Shown here piece by piece: positions 12,701-27,135 of a DNA stretch of 64,000 bases. Numbering within the stretch: the first letter of the stretch is position 1; every line of letters begins with the position of its first letter. Origin of the DNA: Tubiluchus corallicola (lineage: Eukaryota > Animalia > Priapulida); assembly GCA_030141605.1 (NCBI GenBank), contig JAQGDQ010000124.1, forward strand, positions 434,001-498,000, read 5' to 3'. The translations under genes were made by a program, and so were the position numbers. A model generated the notes under the pieces. That model had not been told where the DNA came from. It ran no database searches and saw only the letters and a program-made list of their open reading frames with translations.

Positions 12701-15700
12701 CACAGCTGGTAAACTGTGCACTAGTAATGGACACATCTGGTAAACTGTGCACTAGTAATGGACATAGCTGGTAAACTGTGTACTAGTAATGAACACAGCT
12801 GGTAAACTGTGTACTAGTAATGGACACAACTGGCAAAGTGTGTACTAGTAAAGAACACAGCTGGTAAACTGTGTACTAGTAAAGAACACAGCTAGTAAAC
12901 TGTGTACTAGTAAAGAACACAGCTGGTAAACGGTGTACTAGTAATGAACACAACTGGTAAACTGTGTACTAGTAAAGAACACAGCTGGTAAACTGTGTAC
13001 TAGTAAAGGACACAGCTGGTAAACTGTGTACTAGTAATGAACACAGCTGGTAAACTGTGTACTAGTAATGGACACAGCTGGTAAACTGTGTACTAGTAAT
13101 GGACACAGCTGGTAAACCGTGCACTAGTAATGGACACAGCTGGAAACCGTGCACTAGTAATGAACACAGCTGGTAAACTGTGCACTAGTAAAGAACACAG
13201 CTGGAAATTGTGTACTAGTAATGAACACAGCTGGTAAACTGTGCACTAGTAATGAACACAGCTGGTAAACTGTGACTAGTAATGAACACACTGGAAACTG
13301 TGCACTAGTAATGACACACTGGAAACTGTGCACTAGTAAAACACAGCTGGTAAACACAAAAACACACAAACACAAAACACACAAATGTGCACTAGTAAAG
13401 AACACAGCTAGTAAACTGTGTACTAGTAAAGAACACAGCTGGTAAACGGTCTACTAGTAATGAACACAACTGGTAAACTGTGTACTAGTAAAGAACACAG
13501 CTGGTAAACTGTGTACTAGTAAAGGACACAGCTGGTAAACTGTGTACTAGTAATGAACACAGCTGGTAAACTGTGTACTAGTAATGGACACAGCTGGTAA
13601 ACTGTGTACTAGTAAAGAACACAGCTGGTAAACTGTGTACTAGTAATGAACACAGCTGGTAAACTGTGCACTAGTAATGGACACAACTGGTAAACTGTGC
13701 ACTAGTAATGGACACAGCTGGTAAACTGTGTACTAGTAATGGACACAGCTGGTAAACTGTGCACTAGTAATGGACACAGCTGGAAACCGTGCACTAGTAA
13801 TGGACACAGCTGGAAACCGTGCACTAGTAATGAACACAGCTGGTAAACTGTGCACTAGTAAAGAACACAGCTGGAAACTGTGTACTAGTAATGAACACAG
13901 CTGGTAAACTGTGCACTAGTAATGAACACAGCTGGTAAACTGTGTACTAGTAATGAACACAGCTGGTAAACTGTGCACTAGTAATGAACACAGCTGGTAA
14001 ACTGTGCACTAGTAAATAACACAGCTGGTAAACTGTGTACTAGTAATGAACACAACTGGTAAACTGTGTACTAGTAATGAACACAGCTGGTAAACTGTGC
14101 ACTAGTAAATAACACAGCTGGTAAACTGTGCACTAGTAATGAACACAACTGGTAAACTGTGTACTAGTAATGAACACAGCTGGTAAACTGTGCACTAGTA
14201 ATGGACACAGCTGGTAAACTGTGCACTAGTAATGGACACAGCTGGTAAACTGTGCACTAGTAATGAACACAGCTGGTAAACTGTGTACTAGTAATGAACA
14301 CAGCTGGTAAACTGTGCACTAGTAAATAACACAGCTGGTAAACTGTGTACTAGTAATGAACACAGCTGGTAAACTGTGTACTAGTAATGGACACAGCTGG
14401 TAAACTGTGCACTAGTAAATAACACAGCTGGTAAACTGTGTACTAGTAATGAACACAGCTGGTAAACTGTGCACTAGTAATGGACACAGCTGGTAAACTG
14501 TGTACTAGTAATGAACACAGCTGGTAAACTGTGTACTAGTAATGGACACAACTGGCAAAGTGTGCACTAGTAATGGACACAGCTGGTAAACTGTGTACTA
14601 GTAATGAACACAGCTGGTAAACTGTGTACTAGTAATGGACACAACTGGCAAAGTGTGCACTAGTAATGAACACAGCTGGTAAACTGTGTACTAGTAATGA
14701 ACACAGCTGGTAAACTGTGCACTAGTAATGGACACAACTGGTAAACTGTGCACTAGTAATGGACACAGCTGGTAAACTGTGCACTAGTAATGGACACAGC
14801 TGGTAAACTGTGCACTAGTAATGGACACAGCTGGTAAACTGTGCACTAGTAATGGACACAGCTGGTAAACTGTGCACTAGTAATGGACACAGCTGGTAAA
14901 CTGTGCACTAGTAATGGACACAGCTGGTAAACTGTGCACTAGTAATGGACACAGCTGGTAAACTGTGTACTAGTAATGAACACAGCTGGTAAACTGTGTA
15001 CTAGTAATGGACACAGCTGGTAAACTGTGCACTAGTAATGGACACAGCTGGTATACTGTGTACTAGTAATGAACACAGCTGGTAAACTGTGCACTAGTGA
15101 TGGACACAGCTGGTAAACTGTGTACTAGTAAATAACACAGCTGGTAAACTGTGCACTAGTAAAGGACACAACTGGTAAACCGTGCACTATTAAAAACAAT
15201 AACTGGTAAACTGTGTACTACTAAAGAATACAGTTGACGAAGTGTGCACTGGTAAAGAATTCAGCTGGCAAAATGTGCACTAGTAAAGACAGCATCTGGC
15301 AAGTGTGGACTAGTAAGGCAGACAACACCAGAGTGTGCACTGTTAAGGTGAACAGCTGGTGAAGTACAAACATGGGTAATGGACAGATTGTGAAGTTAGC
15401 AGGTCTCCATTCATTTTGTCAGTTGACAGTTCGCCAGGGGTACGGCTAGCGAACGATACAATTTGCCAGTAGAACACTTCGTCAGTGGTACAATTCGCCA
15501 GTTGTACACTTCACCAGTGGCACAGTTCGCCAGTGACACACTTCATCAGTAGTACCTTTCGGCAGTAAACATTTTCTGTTTTTATATTTTACAAAATATT
15601 TCATTCGCTAGTGATGCAGTTCGCCAGTGGCATGTACTGGTCACCAGTGGTACACACCCCCAGTGGTACATTTGGGCAGTGTATCCACTGGTGAACTATA

Positions 15701-17686
15701 CCACTGGCGAATTGAGTTACAGTCAAGTTAGCAAGACTGGAAAAAGCTGGAAAAAGAATACACACATTAATGCTACACGTGGCAATCTAGGCCAACAAAA
15801 CAATAGCATTCATTTAATTCTTATAGAACTTTTTAAAGATTAATTTTTTGCAGGTGATACTCTATTAATTGCTGTCATTCTTGGAGTATTAGCGTTGATC
15901 ATCATCATCGCCGTCGTTATCGTGGTCTGCGTTGTTTACAAAAGAGCGTAAGTTGCATAAATTTTGTAATTCTGCTTGCAGTTACCTGCAGCCTTGTAGC
16001 TTGTTTGTCCTGTAATTTTCCAGATTACTGCTTATGGTTTTCTTCATCAGGAACTTGGTGTGTACGCCTAATTTGGTACAGTATACGACAATACAGTATA
16101 TTCATAATTCATTTATTGATATCATAAAATGATGTAGAACTTTACGAATTAATAATATTAAAAAAGAATTATGAATATACAAAATTAATTTATTAATATT
16201 AATTTTTTTAAATAGATTAGGCTCTGTATGTACGAACATAAATATTAATATGACTGACGGATTTACAGATAGTAAATCACCTTTTTCGTCTTCAAAACAT
16301 CTCTTTTGCTAGTTATAAAGCAGAATTTAATTTGTAAAGAAAAAACTGAACCGTCATTCACAAACTCGCTCACTCATATTTATATTCAACATTAAAAATA
16401 ATTTGTGAATTTTCAGATTTACTGCTCTTTAAATTTCTTTTATGTTAAGTTACTAATGAAATATATTGTTCACTTTTGATATGGGTTGAGTTAACTTTTC
16501 TTAGAAAACTGAACGCGTCAGTAATGAGGTCTGAGCCAGTGTATGCCACAGTAGACGAAAGTGCTTACTCTTCCGCATCTGAAATTGGAAATATTAGCAT
16601 TACGAAGTCGCTCTATCCTAGACAAGTCAGTGAGCAATCACTTAGGTAAACAATATTAATTCTAGAATTTTTCTCATTCATAATGTAAGTTAAAATTGTT
16701 ACTTTAGTATCAGTAGTAACTGTTTTAGTTGTAATTTTAGCTAAGACAGCATTTATGCTGTTAGATCATTTACATTATTGTATTTCAAGCTAGCAAACAT
16801 TCAACATTGCCGATTAAGATAATTATTATATTGTTATTATCAGCGCATAAAAAATCACATATGATGCTAACACTTAAGCACAAAAGGAAAGTTATTTTGG
16901 AATTTATCTTTACACTGATGACAGATTGGATGAATCAGATATAGTAGCCCAAAAACACAAAATATAACTGCCAGATCTATTTGCTTGATCTAACTGCCAC
17001 ATCCATTTTCTTGGTAGCTTAAGTTGCCAACTCTAACTGCCAGATCCATTTTCCTGGTAGCTTTAGCTGCCAACTCTAACTGCCAGATCCATTTTCCCGG
17101 TAGATTTAGCTGCCAACTCTAACTGCCAGATCCATTTTCCTGGTAGATTTAGCTGCCAACTCTAACTGCCAGATACATTTTCCTGGTAGCTTAAGTTGCC
17201 AACTCTAACTGCCAGATCCATTTTCCTGGTAGATTTAGCTGCCAACTCTAACTGCCAGATCCATTTTCCTGGTAGCTTAAGTTGCCAACTCTAACTGCCA
17301 GATCCATTTTCGTATTAGATTTAGTTGCCAGATGAAACCTGCCAGGAATAGCTGCCAGACCTGTCTGCCGTGTTTAACTGTCTCTCACCCTTGCATTGTC
17401 TGTGTCTGATTCACCATGTTGCCTGTCTGTTTAATATTAAGCAGTAATTAGTACTAAATTTGTGCGTCAATGCAAAGCAATATTCTACTATTCTTTGTCT
17501 TCAAGGTACGTGACGGGTCCTAAAGGATTTTTTCCTGGAGTACATTCCAGTGATGCCAACCCTCCTCCGGCTTATTACACACTAGAAGATGGGGTGCTGC
17601 CTCAAAGGGCGATGCCGCCTGTTGCAGAGGAAAGTGATGGAAAAGCTGCTGAATCAGATTACACAGTAATGAGCAGTATTTTGTAA
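6622..17686 (+). CDS. 8-exon gene for a type I membrane receptor-like protein (407 aa) with two Sushi/CCP-like modules; join(6622..6721,7157..7330,9842..10078,10811..11032,12272..12346,15854..15947,16505..16645,17506..17686)
   Basis: All seven introns are GT-AG with compatible phases (1,1,1,1,1,2,2). The joined length is 1224 nt (407 codons + TAA) with no internal stop. The domain order is coherent: signal peptide, Pro-rich region, 2 Cys modules, stalk, TM, cytoplasmic tail. Confidence 0.88.
7157..7330 (+). CDS. Exon 2: RRGRR basic site then Pro/Thr-rich segment
   Basis: tttttcag acceptor and CAG|GTAAAC donor; open frame GNVTEEPKFEKLKMSHGMRRGRRTPAMSLLPPTTPPSP...TPPPPPP; phase 1-1. Confidence 0.8.
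8953..9663 (+). mobile_element. Kolobok-like element, family B copy 1 (intron 2 of the Sushi gene)
   Basis: TTAA|agcacaagaaaa ... tttcctgttct|TTAA; near-colinear with 55366-56023. Confidence 0.75.
9842..10078 (+). CDS. Exon 3: Sushi/CCP-like module 1 (8 Cys)
   Basis: ttctcttcag acceptor, C|GTAAG donor. The ending VTFACGRGTTLVGKPTATCRCIDGRVLWSEKPDC fits the CCP pattern C..G..L.G....C....W...P.C. Confidence 0.9.
10811..11032 (+). CDS. Exon 4: Sushi/CCP-like module 2 (8 Cys)
   Basis: gtttctttag acceptor, A|GTAAG donor. Translation GCHRIEQDHSQDTRKFNYNNSACDQHHCECNTNVSVTCEHSGHYLSGSSHMMCRCFGQTDSFWEYSAGSEPRC has the same Cys scaffold as exon 3. Missed by the ORF track. Confidence 0.9.
11553..11798. 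mobile_element. Small MITE
   Basis: TIR gagag..gcattactgga / tccagtaatgc..ctctc, plus internal inverted atgcggatgcgttt / aaacgcatccgcat. Confidence 0.65.
12272..12346 (+). CDS. Exon 5: hydrophilic stalk IEKEQQPTNQPGHEHKSDDKDSDSG
   Basis: cgctttag acceptor, GAG|GTACGT donor, 75 nt, phase 1-1, open. Confidence 0.8.
12421..15360. repeat. 31-bp minisatellite (about 90 copies) in intron 5
   Basis: Unit ggacacagctggtaaactgtgcactagtaat, with degenerate edges. Confidence 0.97.
15854..15947 (+). CDS. Exon 6: transmembrane helix LLIAVILGVLALIIIIAVVIVVCVVY-KR
   Basis: ttttttgcag acceptor, GC|GTAAGT donor; about 25 consecutive hydrophobic residues followed by a basic stop-transfer KR. Confidence 0.92.
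16505..16645 (+). CDS. Exon 7: cytoplasmic segment with EPVYATV tyrosine motif
   Basis: ttttcttag acceptor, AG|GTAAAC donor, phase 2-2; KLNASVMRSEPVYATVDESAYSSASEIGNISITKSLYPRQVSEQSL. Confidence 0.85.
16966..17345. repeat. 43-bp minisatellite (about 8 copies) in intron 7
   Basis: Unit aactgccagatccattttcctggtagatttagctgccaactct; copies start at 17078, 17121 and 17164. Confidence 0.95.
17506..17686 (+). CDS. Exon 8: terminal cytoplasmic exon (PPAY, YTVM, C-terminal SSIL)
   Basis: ctttgtcttcaag acceptor, in frame with exon 7; RYVTGPKGFFPGVHSSDANPPPAYYTLEDGVLPQRAMPPVAEESDGKAAESDYTVMSSIL-stop. Confidence 0.85.
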
Positions 17687-18592
17687 GCAGAAAGTGGACA
17701 GTGGATAGAGGAAAATCGAGAAGTGCTCATTTAAATGGACTGATTTGTAAAGAAAATTCTTAGATTTTTATTTGCACTAATACATCCCAGAACGGGACAA
17801 CTACTACTTGTTTGGGTTGTTGTTCTTGTGGACAGATCACTTTGAAGTGGATAGTCGTTTTCTACTGTTATTTAATATTGTTTTTTTTCGATCCGATACC
17901 TACACATATTTAACCTCAAGCACTGATTCGATACACTCCAATACTGCAAAAATACAGTATACCGAGATTGGCGTCTAGCACTTGGTTGCATTGTTTTTGT
18001 TGTAGCAGTAGTAGTAGTAGTTGTTGTTGCTGTTGTTGTTGTTGTTGTTGTCGTTCTTATGGACAGTTTGCTTTGTAGTCACGGTTCACGGTTTCATCGT
18101 TTATTTGGTTCACGTTGCAGACTGCATTCTGGGATATTATACATTACTTGGGCTTATTTTTAAGGGACAATTGACGCACATGATTATGTAGCATTAGCGT
18201 CAATTTTATTATAGTAGCTAAAGCCTGAAATTGTACTTGTTTAATTATTTTTGTTCTCAGCTATATTCTATAAACAGAAATGACATATAATGTTATTTTT
18301 TGTATTAAGGTCATAGAGTTTTATTAAACGGTGCTAAGTCTCAATATGTGCTTTTGTCTTTAAGCATGATCACATGATCACAAACGTTATTTACCTTCCA
18401 AACTTCGTTATTAGAGGAAAAGCACAACAAGATGGAAATTTTTGTCAACTTATTTTAATTTCATATGGCTATTTCGGTTAACAATGCAAAAGTGCTAGCA
18501 TTTTTAATCAACCACAGAGGGTATTGTCGACATGCAGAAAGCTAGACATTTGGAGTGGACAGTAATAATAACAATAATTTCGTTTAGGACGT

Positions 18593-18678
18593 AATTTTTA
18601 AGTCTTCGGTTTGACTCGATCGAGAATTGAACCTAAGACCTCCCGGGTGGTAAGCAGTACGCTACCATTGAGGTACGC
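18593..18678 (-). mobile_element. tRNA-derived SINE 5' fragment, MetaSINE-like
   Basis: Minus strand reads tacctcaatggtag (A-box-like), ggttcaattct (B-box-like), then gtcaaaccgaagacttaaaaat, resembling the start of the Meta core domain. Confidence 0.55.
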
Positions 18679-19564
18679 CAATCTGTGTAGTATCTAATAA
18701 TACATATAATGTATACCCAGAAGAGCTAACCAGTTTTTAATAGGACATCGCTAAATTTTTCCAGAATGACCATCAAATCGTAATAACCCATTTCCTTTGC
18801 TATCCAGGATAAAGGAAACCGTCTACAGTAAAGGAATTAAGGTGAAATCTGCAATGAAACCTGGGGGGGGGGGGAAGTCGGCATCTAGTTTTATTACATG
18901 CCTAGATCTTGTTAGCCCTTTAATTTCTATCCCAGTGTACCCCAAAGCGGTCTGATGTGCCAGACTTTTTTTAGAGCAGCCTAGCTAATGTCGTTTGTAG
19001 AGGCACTCAGGTAAAAACATCTAAAAGAAAAGTCCGGCACTACCTGGTCATATAAACCTGAAATTAATTTACTTAGTGCAAAAATAGATTCGAAGCAACA
19101 GAAGATTGCAGCAGTTTAACAAAAATATGACATTTGTCCAATAATCGATCGTTTAATCCGTTTCTAATTTGTAGCAAAAATAAGTAGATTATTGCATTGT
19201 TTAGCAGGAGAAAGATAATTGAATCCAAATTAGCAAAACTTACAAATTTTGCGAGTAAAATGGCATCCTGGATAACAAAAAATTAGGATGAAACAACGGC
19301 AAAGAGAGACAACTATAATCGTACATGTGTAAATATTGTCAGTACGAACAAGTAAATTAGGTCAGATAAGTCAGGTGACTATACCTAAAGTTGGATTCTG
19401 ATTTCTGATTGCCTGTAATGCAACAAATTTAAAAATTTTAAACGAGAAAAACTTCGAAAATGTTCACTAGGTGGCGTTAGCACCCATGTCGATAATGTAT
19501 GATAGCCTAAGCCTATACTAAGCCTATAAAGTAGGGTCGCAAAGAGAGTGCTCCTCTCATATGA

Positions 19565-19880
19565 TCATGAAAGATGAATTTCATGAACTTATCATGAAAG
19601 ATGAATTTCATCCAGGTAATCAATACTTTGAAATGTTCCCCTCTGGTCGTAGATTCCGCTCAATTAACGCTAAAACCACAAGAACTTTAAATTCTTTCTG
19701 TCCCGTTGCAATTCGCACCATAAACAGTAAATTTCGGTAAATCTCCAATATTAATTCTCTATGTCAGTGTACAACTGATTGAATTATTTGTGTTAATCTC
19801 CTTGTTGTTTGCATCAGTTATTGTAGTACGTAAAACCACATAAATTTCATTGTATGCATTATGCTATAATGACAATAAAT
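19565..19880 (+). mobile_element. 3' end of a Rex1/Babar-like LINE
   Basis: IMKDEFHPGNQYFEMFPSGRRFRSINAKTTRTLNSFCPVAIRTINSKFR-stop (HP..F..LPSGRR.R....T.R..NSF.P.AIR motif). The 3' UTR ends atgacaataaa followed by a tandem-repeat tail. Confidence 0.75.
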
Positions 19881-19950
19881 TGCTTACTTGCTTACTTACT
19901 TACTTACTTGCTTGCTTACTCACCTAATTACTTACTTACTTACTTAATTA

Positions 19951-19989
<39 letters not shown>

Positions 19990-20007
19990 GCTTGCTTACT
20001 CACCTAA

Positions 20008-20057
<50 letters not shown>

Positions 20058-20520
20058 CCTTCCTTCCTTCCTTACTTACTTCCTTACTTACTTCCTTACT
20101 TACTTCCTTACTTACTTCCTTACTTACTTCCTTACTTACTTCCTTACTTCCTTACTTACTTCCTTACTTACTTACTTCCTTACTTACTTCCTTACTTACT
20201 TACTTCCTTACTTACTTACTTCCTTACTTCCTTCCTTCCTTCCTTCCTTCCTTCCTTCCTTCCTTCCTTCCTTCCTTCCTTCCTTCCTTCCTTCCTTACC
20301 TACCTACCTACCTACCTACCTACTTACTTTGCCCTTGCCTTGCCCTTGCCCTTGCCCCCTTGCCCTTGCCTACTTACCCCCTTGCCTGCCTTACCTTACC
20401 TCCTTGCCTTGCCTTACTTGCTTGCCTTCCTGCTTGCCTTGCCCTTACCTTTACTTGCCTTGCCTTACCTTGCTCACTTACTTACTTACTTTACTTACTT
20501 ACTTACTTACTTACTTACTG
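19880..20520. repeat. Compound (TTAC)n/(TTCC)n/(CCTTG)n microsatellite
   Basis: Directly visible. Confidence 0.97.
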
Positions 20521-21469
20521 AGAGCCACTTGAATGTACGGCTGGTACGCGTTTCTAATATTCTGTTAATTGGAGTAGTTGGACTTAACTTTGAATAAGTT
20601 ACAAGATCCAATGCAAGGATAATGGAAAGACGTAGTAAAAATCACTCAATATACTTATCTAATATGACAGGCCATGCAACTGCATGCAGCAACTTCATAT
20701 TTTACTCCGACCTTTACAGTGACTTCATTTTGAGGCTGTTGCTGTAAAACTGCTCGCATTATTTTGCACGCGCTAAACAAGGCGCAGTCGAAACTGTTTC
20801 ACTTTCCCAAGTAGAAAACGTTTCCTGTAATCTGCCTATATTTTATTGTGACTAGACATTTTACTGTTCACTTCAATCAGGTTTGCAGGGTGTTTTGGAA
20901 TTTTGAATTGAGGTTTTAGTGTTAGAGTTTGCCGTTAGACAAGTTCTGTTTAGACAAAGGTAAAATCTATAATGCCTGGCTTCACAAGTGTGAAAAGTTA
21001 AAAGCCTAATTTTTAATAGTTATCAGGAATATAATGGATACTTTTGTGGGTATTTTGCTTTACTATGCGACTCGTACAGCGGTCCGCCCGAATCTCTGAA
21101 GCTGTCTCTTCTCTAAATCTACTGCCCGGAGTTTCGTTTCCGGTTGACTGAAGCCAAAGCTTACAGTATATCATATAATAAATGGCCCAGATTCACGGCA
21201 GAAATTACTTGGGAGCCATAAAAACAATTCGCCGATATTATAGCTATTTTATGCAAGTAACGTGACACATAGGCCTATGGCGAAAAGAGTGTAATACGTA
21301 CTACTGATCTTACTACTTTTACTATTATTATTATTATTAACATCATTTTATTTCGAATATACTTTACATAAATAATTCATAAAAAAGTGTCATCAGTCAA
21401 GATTATCTACACCATTAGTAATAACGATTAAGATTATTATTAGTATTATTATTAATGTTACTATCATTA

Positions 21470-22035
21470 TTTACTATTACTATTACCATTACCATTACCA
21501 TTAGCATTATCATTAATATTAGTATTACTATTACTGTCACTGTTACTGTTACTGTTACTGTTACTGTTACTGTTACTGTTACTGTTACTGTTACTGTTAC
21601 TGTTACTGTTACTGTTACTGTTACTGTTACTGTTACTGTTACTGTTACTGTTACTGTTACTGTTACTGTTACTATACCCATCACTATCACTATCAGTATC
21701 ACTATCACTGTCACTATCACTGTCACTGTCACTGTCACTGTCACTGTCACTGTCACTGTCACTGTCACTGTCACTGTCACTGTCACTGTCACTGTCACTG
21801 TCACTGTCACTGTCACTGTCACTGTCACTGTCACTGTCACTGTCACTGTCACTGTCACTGTCACTATCACTATCACTATCACTATCACTATCACTATCAC
21901 TATCACTATCACTATCACTATCACTATCACTATCACTATCACTATCACTATCACTATCACTATCACTATCACTATCACTATCACTATTACTATTACTATT
22001 ACTGTTTCTATTACTATTACTATTAGTATTACTAT
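21470..22035. repeat. Compound hexamer microsatellite (TGTTAC)n/(TGTCAC)n/(TATCAC)n
   Basis: Directly visible. Confidence 0.97.
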
Positions 22036-24222
22036 TTTTTAGTAATTTCTTATTGATCTTTGCTTTTGTCATTACCTGAAACATCATCAGCTCAGAACGC
22101 TTAATAAATAATATGTGCCTGTAAAGAACTAGCAACGTAACAAGATGATTACGGCAATAGATCGGTTCTTTTTTCATTTGATCTGATGGAACACCTCAAT
22201 GATGCAAAACTTTAAGGAGTAAAGCTGGCGTTCTGCTACAGTCTATTCTATAAACGAGATAACGCAAGAGAATTGTACAATTTTGTTCATTTGATTAATG
22301 TTAATAACAATTTATTTGCTAATGGCAATTATTTCATACCGAACGTATTTTTGTTAATTTGAGTTGTGGTATCTTTCATATCCGATAGAGAAGCATAGGG
22401 TTAGTCGCACGCACGCACGCACGCACGCACGTACGCACGTTTTGCTCATATGTAAAACGTACATACTTACATGAGTTTTGTACACATTAAGTGCATGCAG
22501 GGTTTCATATGATGCGCTTCCGTCAACTCCTTCAAGTCTTTCAATTAGAACATCATTTGTCATTGTCTTGATCCGTGTTTTTTCATAAAAATTAGAACAT
22601 GGAGTAACTCCCTAGCTAAAAACTTATTACACGAATTACACGAACATCAAAGAGAACGAAAACGAGACCGGCATCACGGTGAAATAGATCTCTTTATAGA
22701 GTTTTTATGCAGACGAATAACCCAAAACGTATACAGAAGAGCCTGAGTTGTTACAGTTAAATAGCGGATGGCAGATCTTAATCAATTCATGCAGATGCCA
22801 TGTTCACGTATGCTAGATAAAGACGTTATTATATGCCGCTAATATTATATAATTAATAAATAATGGTAAGTTTTTTTATTCCATTTCATTGGAAAACTAT
22901 TTCGCAAGTCAGTTGGTGGGCTGTAAATAGTAAATACTGAACCCATTGTATTATTCAGTAATGCATTTAGTTAATTATATGTTTTATGTCTTATGTTATG
23001 TTATGTATATTTTTTTGCTTATTACGTTTATATTAGCTCTTTTATATTATATATTATCTTTTATATTAGCTCTTTTTCAGCTCAGGTGATACAACTACAG
23101 TTGGTTCACTTGCTTGCGAATTACTTTAATGGCTTTAGTTTTAATTAATTAATAGAATTGCGTTTTATACTCGTGAGCATATGAGAAACAGTGCTTATCA
23201 GGGTGAAAGATTAAAAGCGTTTTTCTTTAATTATCGTTGCGCTAATTGAGTGATGTATAAACATGTTTTAGCACGTTTAATGAATTTTGCGGCAACTTAG
23301 TGTAGTCGGCCGCTCATCGACTCACACATACTTCACACTTTCGATTCAAGCCAATAAAAGTAGTGTTAAGACTTCCCTGACTGAGTGTGCGAAGTAGACT
23401 ATGTTCGTCCCATTAGATTTAGCAAAAAAATTATTAACTTCAATGATTAAGACATTCGAACTTTACCCGTGAATACAATGTGAAGGGGATAATAGCCTGT
23501 CGCTGATTGGTCAAAGCACAAAACATGTGATCAGTTTGGACAGGTTTCTGGTTTAAAATCACGCAAAACTTTCAATATATTGAGAAATCTTCATGGTTCA
23601 TTATTTTTGGAAAATACGAAACCCACTTGTTAATTAAGCAAGATGAAGTTGATTTAAGGTATTGCGTGTAAATTGCACAATGTTTTCTTACTAAAAGTGA
23701 CCAACTCCCTGCTTCGTTTCTCCATTATTGTTTATTTTCGGTGAAATATACCATATAAAAAACAAAACCAAACATGCAAAGCTTGCATATTATGCCACAA
23801 GTGCCACACAAGAAAATGAATAAGCTTAAGAATTACACACGCATATGTAACGTCTGTGTGGATTTATTGTATATTCTCAAGCAATATTGGAGGTCGTCCT
23901 TTCGAAAGTAGAGATGTAAACTTTCGTTACAATATTCCTATGGATACTACTATATCGTGTTTATTTAATTCATTAGGATGGCGAGTGAAAGTGATGTGTT
24001 TGACGTGTTTAGATTATTAATCAACCCTCTCAAACGCTTTACATAAGTCGGACGTTAATGTATAAGTAAGTACGTTTACCTGTCTGATATAGACATTAGG
24101 TCTGCTTTTCTCATTTGACTGCTCATGAAGATTCTCTCTAAATGTATTTTTAACAATGATGTAACGCTGAATTTTCTTATCCCAGCTACCCGGTCTCTGT
24201 CTTTCTGCCTCTCTCTACCATT

Positions 24223-26519
<2,297 letters not shown>

Positions 26520-27103
26520 CTAATGATTTGCAAAACTGCTGCTCGCAGCTGAAAACACATTAAAACCATTTTGTTTGTCAGTCTGAGAAAAATAACCCCT
26601 GCTCATCGCACTGGCACGAAATTCTGGTTCTGGTATTTCATACGTAAACCACATCTGAACACTAATTTCACTTCTTAGTCGCCATGACAACAGATATTGG
26701 TAACAATTTGCAATGCTCCAAGTGTTTAATTCAATAACAGATGTGGAGATAAGTTTACCTGTTTTACAATCAGCGCATGCACGAATCCTGTTCCATCCAT
26801 ATTAAAATAAAACGCACGGAGTATATGTATAATAATTGTCTGTCTCCAGCTGAATGTATAATGGATCTGGGGCAACAAAAATCGTAATTATAATAGGGCA
26901 GAGGCATCATATTACTTACAGTCTGACTATAAGTGATAATATAGGTTTTGTAGCATGTACCGTGCGGGAGCGGTACAAAGACCGCATATCTGATGTAAAA
27001 CCGGTATAGTAGGAAGAGACAATCATTAAGATTTTTGTTCAATATTAGATTCATACTTTAACAATTGAATATCGTATTATATACATACATATGTGTGTGT
27101 GTG

Positions 27104-27135
<32 letters not shown>

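Noticed and set aside
12421-15360. 31-bp repeat array (and the 33-bp and 43-bp arrays) as a CRISPR-like locus
   Set aside because: The units are contiguous with no unique spacers, there are no cas genes, and the context is eukaryotic introns or exons.
23081-23129. Possible terminal exon SGDTTTVGSLACELL* with a CaaX-like end
   Set aside because: I could not build an upstream coding exon to join to it; too short to support alone.
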